Origin: Guillardia theta CCMP2712
Lineage: Eukaryota > Protista > Cryptophyta
Length of the DNA stretch: 38,859 nt
Direction of reading: 5' to 3'
Assembly: GCF_000315625.1 (NCBI RefSeq)
Contig: NW_005434585.1
Coordinates: 1 to 38,859, forward strand
The position numbers were made by a program, and so were the translations under genes. How positions within the stretch are numbered: position 1 is the stretch's first letter; every line of letters starts with the position of its first letter. The notes beneath the pieces are model-generated. The model ran no database searches and was not told where the DNA came from. It saw nothing but the letters and a program-made list of their open reading frames with translations. Shown one piece after another: positions 11,901 through 20,400 of this stretch.

Positions 11901-12417
11901 TGCCCCAGGGCTCAACGGTATGGAAGCAACTCGCACATTTCATTCTCGTCAAACATCAAAAGAGCGCATCGCCTCCTCTCATCACATACCGAGACTGCAA
12001 TCAGACCCGTAGCCTCCATCTGCTCATCATACAGCTGAGCCTCGAGCTCCGGACGCTCCCAGTAGAACCTGGCACTGAACGTGAGGCGCCAGCAGACGAG
12101 ATTCTCAACAACCGTCCGATGGTTTCGGTGTGAGGAGGATCATGCTTGTAGGCCTCGTTGAGGTACGAGGAGACTCTCTTGAGCTCAGGATCGTCTTCAG
12201 AGGAGATGTGCAGAAAATCAGGACCCTCAGATGCCCCCACACTGCTCGACGACGACCCGCCTCTCAACGACATGGCGCGAGTGAGACCGCTCGGTCGGAC
12301 TTGATGGGTTCCGAGCGGAAGAAGGAGAACAAGCAGCATGCATGAGGGCGAAGTACGAGCTAGTCTCGAGCATGCTCTCTCAAGGCCGCTTCCTGGTCGC
12401 CTCCTCCCCCCCCCCAT
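8955..12417 (-). CDS. Highly fragmented (~20+ exons) hypothetical protein with N-terminal hydrophobic signal + LRGG motif and C-terminal right-handed beta-helix-like (pectin-lyase fold) region
   Basis: Manual splicing gives ...SCMLLVLLLPLGTHQ...MSLRGGSSSSS... at the N-terminus. C-terminal exons ASINLENCCIGGGGSAAGLFLDCQASVVIKSTVIQ / GVQTGIGAMHSASGFLCNST / IRETKEAVYMHDCAA / MRLHDCVLERSR / FAVAA show a PbH1-like strand-turn pattern. It could be two genes; the fold call is by pattern only. Confidence 0.55.
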
Positions 12418-12495
12418 TTTCTACCGCACCTTCACCATTTACTTGCGTCCACTCCGCTGAGCCTGCCTCAGAGCTTTGGCGGACTGCATGAGAGC

Positions 12496-14045
12496 ATGGC
12501 GCATGCGGTGATGGAGGAACTGACGAAGAAGGTGCGGGAGAAGAGGGGAGGGGAGGAGGAGGAAGGGAGGGGAGGGGAGGGGAGGGGAGGAAGGGAAGGG
12601 AGGGGGAGAGGGGGAGGCAAGGAGGGAAGGAGAGGCGAGGGGGGGGGAGGAAAGGAGGGGAGGGGAGGGGAGGCGGGGAGGGAAGGAGAGGCGAAGGGGG
12701 AATGGGATGGGATGGGTTGGGTTGGGTTGGGGATGGGTTGGGATGGGTTGGGATGGGATGGGAGGAGCGGAGAGGTGAAGGGCGCGGAATCGAGAGAGGG
12801 AGGTGAGCCGAGGAGAGGAGAGCGTGTATGCTAGTTGTGTCGACGGAAGAGGTCTCAGAAGTAAGCGAGGTATCCAATTCGACATGATGTAGGCGGCATA
12901 CGAGTGGGATTAGCATCAAAGGGTTGTGATAAACACGTTTGGGAGACGTTTCGCTATCTGTTTGTCAAGCTCTCTGCTTTCATCTCATGGCATGAGCATG
13001 TCCAGGAGCTCGAGACAGATAAGCTGATCCAAGATCTCCTTCAATGCACATCTTGCGACAAACAGATTTGTATCCGCTCCAACATCAAAGACAACCTCTG
13101 CCACGTGCAGGTCTGCCATGCACTTCTAATATTCTTTCTTTCATGCCGTGGCTTTCAGTCGTTGTTGGAAAAATCTCAAATTCAAGCGATGGAGAATGAT
13201 TCAGAAAGCACCAAAGCGGATTTAATGGCCCGAATATCGAGACACAGGACGGAGCATCAAAGGTCGAGCAAGTTGTATGGAACTGAGGTCCTGAGAGGCT
13301 CGACAGGCTTTCCTCTGCACTGAGAGCTGCAGTGTCGGCAGCTCGGGCAAGCAGAGAGACGGTTGGTTCTAGATGTTTGTCATCGCAGACGTTTGATGCC
13401 AACTCGCAGGTAGCTGAGCAGCATAGAGAAGCGCTCTTCGCGGGAGCTGCCTCCACATCCGTGAGAGGTGCAGCTGCCGTGGGGCTAGTGGGAGGTCTTG
13501 ACTTGACACAACAGAGTTGCGACAGCGAGGCCATCAAGGAGCCTCGAAGGCTCTTGCCACCAGGTCTTCCTCTCCTTGCTTGTGCTTGTCCGCTGACGCC
13601 GTGACAGCGCTGAGATCACTGAGAGTCTCAAGAGAATGCGACAACAGATGGCTGGAGAATTGTCACGTACAGCACAAACCTCGCAGGCAACATGGTCAGC
13701 AATTTTGATGCAAAGAATGATGTTGATCCACAGGTTCTAGACTCGTCGTCTAAGACGATCCAGCATGCAGCAAACGAAACTTCATCAATAGATGCAAGGA
13801 CTACTCAGTAACCCTTGGAACGGATGGTCGACTTGTTTTGAGAGCTTGCAGGTCCAAAGTTCTGTTGACTCGCATCGGGAGAAGAAACTTTACGGATGTG
13901 ATGCTTCTTGTGAGTGCCTGCTAACTTACATTCTCGGAGCTACACTTATACCTTGTCCCCTTCGTTCCAGATCTTCGGTGGATGCATTTTCCTCACTGTA
14001 ATTCTTTACATTTTCAAGAGGCGCATTTACGACAAGATGTTTTGA
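12496..14045 (+). CDS. SEC20: Sec20/BNIP1-family Qb-SNARE (ER-Golgi retrograde transport)
   Basis: Spliced C-terminal half reads REALFAG...SAEITESLKRMRQQMAGELSRTAQTSQ|VLDSSSKTIQHAANETSSIDARTTQ|SKVLLTRIGRRNFTDVMLL|IFGGCIFLTVILYIFKRRIYDKMF* (stop 14043-14045). This matches the Sec20 domain (ITESL.R.RQ.M..E...L..SS.T...RR..TD..L) plus a C-terminal TM anchor. The 5' exons are less certain. Confidence 0.85.
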
Positions 14046-14201
14046 AAGTGTCATATTTTGATATTCATTGATTGGGTTAAAGTAGCGGATACGTTGAAAA
14101 GATTTCAAACTAATCTCAAAGAATATGGCTAGCCCAGCCTGTCTTACATGACTGGACTGATCTATTTGCGTCTGCAGAGGGTTCCAAGCTTGGGATTTCA
14201 T

Positions 14202-15065
14202 CTACAGGTCATCAAAGGATAGACATCCATCAATGTCTTCGGCGTGGCTGAACAGCTCGCAATCTGCCATGACCCTCCCCGAGTGAAGATGATGTGCCTC
14301 CTCTCGCTCGTCGAACCATGCTTCGCCCCACTCCACTTTTTGCCGCATGACCACCTCCTGAAAATCGTCTTCTTCGCTGCTGGATTGAAGCTCCTGCGGG
14401 CTGTCGCAGTTAAACGCTGCCCTCCATTGCGCGAGGGTCTGAACGTTGGGGTTGTGTAAGTAGTCTACGATCGGAACTCTGCTCTCTTCCATATCTCCTA
14501 GCACTCGCTCCATGTCGCGAGTAGATGGACCCTGAGGATCTTCTGACTCTTTCGCGCTCGAGTCTTCTTGTTTCGCTGGAATGTTTGCAACACTTTGCGT
14601 GTTCTCTCCCTGAGATTTGTTTTGATTCACCATGTCCGGTCGTTGTCGCGAGTACGGCCATCGCGATATTCCTACTCTCCTACAAGCATTCTTCATCGCT
14701 GTAAGAGAGATTCCAAGAAACGTTGCGGCCTCACTCTGGCGCATGTAGAACAAGGATTTGATGTCAACCAGGCTAAGACTTAGGGAACAATTCGACGATC
14801 TCTCTGATTCCCCTTTCTTTCTCCTTGGGAACACATTCGCTCGCACTATTCTCGGGTTCGCTTTTCCGTTCGATCCTTTGCTTTTCGAGCTTCTCTTGCT
14901 CTTTTTCCCAGTTCTAGCATCAACTGTGGACATAAGTAGATTTCTGAACGAGAAGGCCTTGACTTGCTCATGTATGCTTCCCTTGTGCATGGCTACCGGC
15001 AACGCTGCTCGAGATCGATAGAACCAACGTTCTTGTAGATCCCGAGACTTCGATTCCCCCTCCAA
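14202..15065 (-). CDS. RWP-RK domain transcription factor (RKD-like, no PB1), apparently single exon; first in-frame ATG ~14990
   Basis: LSLVDIKSLFYMRQSEAATFLGISLTAMKNACRRVGISRWPYSR matches the RWP-RK consensus (F.LP..EAA..LG...T.LK..CR..GI.RWP). Basic NLS-like KKSKRSSKSK upstream; acidic C-terminus. Confidence 0.92.
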   Translation of the reverse strand: MEGESKSRDLQERWFYRSRAALPVAMHKGSIHEQVKAFSFRNLLMSTVDARTGKKSKRSSKSKGSNGKANPRIVRANVFPRRKKGESERSSNCSLSLSLVDIKSLFYMRQSEAATFLGISLTAMKNACRRVGISRWPYSRQRPDMVNQNKSQGENTQSVANIPAKQEDSSAKESEDPQGPSTRDMERVLGDMEESRVPIVDYLHNPNVQTLAQWRAAFNCDSPQELQSSSEEDDFQEVVMRQKVEWGEAWFDEREEAHHLHSGRVMADCELFSHAEDIDGCLSFDDL

Positions 15066-15964
15066 GTACGTGATGGAAACTATAACTTCTGGATTTTACT
15101 ACAGGAGGTTTAGAACCCTCTCTATGAATAGCTGTCTTTTCGCTCACGTCCCATTTACCCAGGGGTGATTCTCAGGGATTTTAAGGGGGTGCGGTGTATG
15201 GGGGTTTATTTGCACGGTCATGAGCTTGAGGCTTCTGATGCCAGTAGCCGCATCACCTACGCCTTCCTCTGTCGCACCCTACCCCTATCTTCAACCCTGA
15301 TAAACCTCTGAAAAGAGGGGGTGACTGAGAGTATCCACATTTACGATACCCATATAAAAGAATCTTGTCTTTCTACCCCTTCTTTCATATGAATACTACC
15401 CCTCCCCTTCAGTGGGTCGTTCGCGAAACAAAACTTTTCCGCTTTGAACGTCAGCAGGGGAAATCATCGGAGCGATGCTTGCGTACAACTGACTTATATA
15501 CGGCGAGATGTCAGAAGGGGACGAGGGCTGAGGAGCCACGAGGACCTTTTCTCATAGGGAGGGAGTTGAAAGAGACGAGCACATATGGGGGGGGGGGAGG
15601 CGGAGAGCGGCCGGACGTGAGAGGTCTGCGCCGGCAACGGAATACTTGCGAGTCACAGACAGGAACCCCGATTTAAAACTCTTTTACCGACGGCATGGAT
15701 TCATAAGGCCACGAGATTGTAGCTGTTTGGGAGCAGGGAACATCTGACAGCAGTCACGTCCGTCAGTATCTCCCTGGAGAGATGCCGGCGGCTCGTGGCG
15801 TCTTCTTGTCTTTTTCTTTCTCTTCCTGCAAGGGGGCGGCCTCCCCCGCCCTCACGTCTCCGATCTTTACTCAAAGTTAAGTTAAACAGCAGTACCAGGA
15901 TACTCAAAGTTACGCCGAGATTACTCCAAGTTTTAAAGGCTCTGCTAGCTCTTTTCCGGCAGCA

Positions 15965-16051
15965 GGCCCGAGTGCACCCGGGCCCGGCGGACCGCTCAGC
16001 CCGGCGGACCGCTCAGTGGGCAGTCACTGAGTGTTCCGGCCGGGCGTGCCG
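15965..16051. repeat. GC-rich promoter-proximal element with direct repeat and hairpin
   Basis: GCCCGGCGGACCGCTCAG twice in tandem; inverted repeat CTCAGTG (16012-16018)...CACTGAG (16025-16031); CCCGGG and CCGGCCGG palindromes. Confidence 0.7.
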
Positions 16052-16121
16052 TTTGATTGTTGTGAATTCGAAAAGAGCATAACGGTCAAATAACGGATTG
16101 GTCCACAAGCAAGGGCGGGAA

Positions 16122-16588
16122 ATGCGGGTACAGGTGGAGGGCTGGCATGCGGTGGGCACGTGGACGTGGAACGCGGAGGATGACGCGTGCGGTATATGCA
16201 GGTGAGAATCTGATAGCTCCCCCCCCTCCCGCCCCTCCTCCCTCCTTTTTCTCCGCCTGTGTCCTTTCTTCGTTGGCGGCTGAACTGGCCGCATGTCTCT
16301 GTGCCAAGTCATAGTTTTCTTCTTCACCTGCCTCCTCTCTGATACTCGCGCACCAGATTGGCGTTCGATGGCTGCTGCCCGGACTGTAGGATCCCCGGTG
16401 ATGACTGTCCCATAGGTTCCTAGTGCACACGCCGATCTTGTTTTTCTCTAATTCCATCTTGAGCAGTATGGGGCGAGTGCAGCCATCCTTTCCACATGCA
16501 CTGCATTGTCAAGTGGATTGGTGTGCAAGGAAACAATGTACAGAGATGCCCCATGTGTCGAAGGGAGTGGCAATTCAAAAGCAGCTAA
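16122..16588 (+). CDS. APC11: Anaphase-promoting complex subunit 11 (RING-H2)
   Basis: Exons 16122-16201, 16357-16415 and 16467-16588 give MRVQVEGWHAVGTWTWNAEDDACGICRLAFDGCCPDCRIPGDDCPIVWGECSHPFHMHCIVKWIGVQGNNVQRCPMCRREWQFKSS*. The CGICR..FDGCCPDC..PGDDCP.VWG.C.H.FHMHCI signature is APC11 rather than RBX1. Confidence 0.97.
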
Positions 16589-16609
16589 GAGAAACCACCC
16601 AGCATTGGG

Positions 16610-17326
16610 ATGGGGTTGTATGGTTATGGCATTTCCGCCTTCCTGGGCTGTTCCATGCTGATCTTGGCAGTCGTAGAAGCATGCTCGTTTAGGTGCTCGA
16701 CGCCTGTTGCATTCGATGCAAGTGAGAGACAAGGATTGGTCCACCAGGAGGTGGTTGACAGCAGCGTGCTATGGGCGGACTCGGTTCTTGTCAAGATGAG
16801 AGAAGCAACTTGTCTTGGCAGCGACTGGGTGGCCCTGACGGAGCAGCTCGTGCAGGAGCATCGCTTTCACGCTGCCTGGGAGGTTCTTATGTCGTTTGCT
16901 CAGCGGAGCAACGCAACAAGTGGCGATGAGGGTGAGGAGCTTAGAAAGGCTCAGGCTCTCATGGGGATGCTCGTAGTTCGTATGTATCGCCTTCAGCCGT
17001 CTTTCCAGTCTTTCCTCCTTCACCGTGACGCTCTCCTCGCCTGCGGACGAATCTTGTGGTTCTGCACGGCTGACCGAGAAGAGCTTCTCTGTATCCTCTG
17101 TACCAACTTGCCCCTTGAGCCAGCCCTGCTCCCCTGCGGTCACTTCTTCTGCTTGGATTGCTTGTGCATGTGGCTTGAGGAGGCGATGAAGCTCGGAAAC
17201 AGCCCGGGGTGTGGCGTGTGCCCCTACTGCCGCTCTCCTCTCAGAGCCTTCGCCCCATCGGTTGACAAGCGGCTTGGAGTGATTATGAGGAAGCGGGAGC
17301 GAGGAGCCTCTTGCCTGTTTGATTAA
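16610..17326 (+). CDS. RING-HC (C3HC4) zinc-finger protein with putative N-terminal signal peptide
   Basis: 238-aa ORF; C-I-L-C...P-C-G-H-F-F-C-L-D-C...C-P-Y-C-R; N-terminus MGLYGYGISAFLGCSMLILAVVEA. Confidence 0.8.
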   Translation: MGLYGYGISAFLGCSMLILAVVEACSFRCSTPVAFDASERQGLVHQEVVDSSVLWADSVLVKMREATCLGSDWVALTEQLVQEHRFHAAWEVLMSFAQRSNATSGDEGEELRKAQALMGMLVVRMYRLQPSFQSFLLHRDALLACGRILWFCTADREELLCILCTNLPLEPALLPCGHFFCLDCLCMWLEEAMKLGNSPGCGVCPYCRSPLRAFAPSVDKRLGVIMRKRERGASCLFD

Positions 17327-17470
17327 AATACTAGAAACTTGTTGCCTTGTGCTCCTTTAGAGCTTCGCGTGCTTTCCGCGTTAATCCTCAAAGGTGTATC
17401 CCGAAGCAGCGAAACCATCCGAACTGATAAAGAAACAACTTAGAACCCCTCCCTCCCCTCGCCGCTCCCG

Positions 17471-20400
17471 TCACCTCCTCCTCGGATACGCCTCTCCCGC
17501 CTTCACAGCTTCACATCAGGCTTGAACTGATAGACGCACAGAGAAATCTCTTACCGTGCTCGACTGCTCGCCTTTGCGCTTCCTCTCCGTCCCCTGCGTC
17601 ACCCTTACCAGCATATCGAGGTCTTCGTCGGCAGCTGCAGCACGCGGTCAGGCGTTGAAAGGAGATGACGGAGCGAGAGGAGGAGCGAGGAAGAGGAAGA
17701 CGAGGGAGCAAGATGAAGAAAGAGGCTCCTACCAGCCGTTTCAAGAGCAAGGTCGTCAAGCAGCTGAAGCACCATGGCATAGTCCGCCTTGCTCGAGGCC
17801 TCCGGTGTCATGTCGGTCAACATCTCCCGGGCTGAGTCTGCAGGTGCATGAGCGACTTACGGGAGAATGGAGGCGACGAGAAGAGCACAGGACGAGGAGA
17901 GGAAAGTGAAGGCAGAAGAGAGAACGAAAAAACGAGAGCAAGCGAAGAGATGGAGATGTCCGGAGAGGAAGGATCCTCACCAAGTAGCACACGCGTATTC
18001 CTCTGATGCTGCTGCTGTCTCTGTGCCTGCAAGTCGCACATATCAGAGGAAGGGGGAGGCGGAGTTGGATGTTGATGTGAGGCAGGAGGGGAAGATGAGG
18101 AGGAAACATGAGGGCAGTGATGGTGCAAGAGGGCAGCACCAAACGCTTCACTTCTTCCTGCTCCTTCCTCATCCTCGTCATCTGAGAAAGGAAGCAGTGA
18201 GGGCAAGATCTCATGGCTGGTTAGGTAGACGGGGCGGACCTTGCGCTTGAGGATGTCGATCTAATTGCAGAAGTGAGAGGAGAAACGACAATGTGAACAT
18301 CAAGAACCTGGTGGTGCGCGTCGTCTCTGCTGATCTCCTTGCTTTCTCTGCCCTGTTGTAGATTCGACAGCTCCTCCGACGTGCAAGTCATCGTCCCTTC
18401 CTCCTCCGCCCTCCCTTGCTGGTCTACTGCATCGCATGAGCATCTCGCGATCATCAGCTTGCTTGTCCACTCACCTCCGACTGTCTTTCCTGTTGCTCCT
18501 TCACTCCCTTGCCTCCCTGATGCTCGTCAAGACCGAAACAAGCTGCCGCTCTCACCACCTGCTTCGCTTCCTTTCCCTAGGTGACCTCGCACTCGCAGCC
18601 GATCTTGTCGGTGAGAATCGTGATCCTGAGAGGAGCTCAAGTTGCCTGCGTCAGAAAAATGTCATCATCATCATCATCATCATCATCATCACCATCATCA
18701 TCACCATCATCATCATCATCACCATCATCATCACCATCATCATCACCATCACCATCATCATCATCGTCATCAAGCGGTCGAGCCAAAGAGACCTGCAGGT
18801 TCCGCTCTTGCTCGGAGAATTTCGAACTCGTACAATACACCTGCAAGAGATTGAGCCAGGGAAATCAGGAGAGGGAGGTAGAGGTGAGAGAGGAGCGTGG
18901 TAGGAGGAGGGCAGGAGAGGCAGGAGAGGCAGGGGCAGAGGGGAGAGCAGAGAGAGGAAGTGAGTCTCACCCATTAATGTCAATAGGATGGGAGGCTGCA
19001 TGACTAGGTCGATCGCATCCCCATAAACTGACTCATGCGTCAGCCCCTTCACTTCCCTCCCCCTCCTCCCTCTCCCTCCTCTCCCTCTCCCTTCTCCCCC
19101 CTCCCCCTCCTCTCCCTTCCCTCCCCCTCCTCTTCCTCCTCCTCCTCTTTCTCATTGCCTTGAAAGTGAGGACGAAAGAATCCTTCGCGTCGCCACTTGA
19201 CTTGAACCTGCTCGTCGCTTTACCCTCTCGCCCCATCCCTCCGCCTCCATCTCACCGACACGCCAAACGGACGTAGGAGACTGATGGCCTGAAGAGCATC
19301 TGAAAGAGTCGCAATGAGGGCTGACAGCTGGGAAAAGAAGNNNNNNNNNNNNNNNNNNNNNNNNNNNNNNNNNNNNNNNNNNNNNNNNNNNNNNNNNNNN
19401 NNNNNNNNNNNNNNNNNNNNNNNNNNNNNNNNNNNNNNNNGTCAAGTTTGTGTTTCCGTTGAGTGCGAGTAAGGGATATGTCGTCAAAGGAGACGTTAGC
19501 CTAGAGAGCTTCATCAGCTGAGAAACCTCCTCCTCCTCCTCCTCCTCCTGCCCCTGCCCCTGCCCCTGCCCCTGCCCCTGCCCCTGCCCCTGCCCCTGCT
19601 GCTGCCCCTGCTGCTGCTGCCCCTCCTCCCTCCTCCTCTGGTGTTCATCATCACCTGAGCCTGCTTACATGTCAGTCCGCCAGGAGCCCCATCACAAGAA
19701 TGACCTGATGCATTTCGGAGGAGTCGGAGGGAACAATCTCCATCCTACAGTCCCGCAGGAAGATTTCGAGCTCCTCGGGGACGCGCGAGATGAACTTCTT
19801 CGCAACAAGGTTCAGCCGATCCACCCCAGCGACATCCATCGAGTCATCGGCAGGGGGAGAGTTGAGAGAAGGAGGGAGAGAGTTCAAGGGAGGAGAGTTG
19901 AGAGAGGTCGAGTTGAAGTCATTGCCCAGCTCAAGCGTGAAGGAGTTCAGCTTGATCGAGTCTGAGTTGTCCTCCCGCTTCTTCACCGGCGACGTGACCC
20001 TCCCCTCCTCCTCCTGCCTCCTCCTCCCATGCAGTGCCGTCAGGTTGCTCTGCAGCTTGTTGGGCCGAAGGCTCATGGCGGATCGGATGGTGTGCACGGC
20101 TGACCGGATGTCGTTGAGCGCCTGCAAAGCCAGGTCATCCTCCTCCTCCCCCTCGCATGCCCACCAGCTTCTCCTTCTCGTGCGACTGCGACGCCCCGCG
20201 CTTTGACGTCGAGCTGCTGGTCCATGATACCACCTGAAGCATGGCTGTCAGGAGAATGGGCGGGGAGGAAAGAGGTGAGAGGAGAGGAGAGGAGAGGAGA
20301 GGAGAGGAGAGGAGAGGAGAGGAGAGGAGAGGAGAGGAGAGGAGAGGAGAGGAGAGGAGAGGAGAGGAGAGGAGAGGAGAGGAGAGGAGAGGAGAGGAGA

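Noticed and set aside
18436-19052. Poly-His/Ile/Asp/Met ORFs
   Set aside because: Translations of an intronic (CAT/CAC)n tract.
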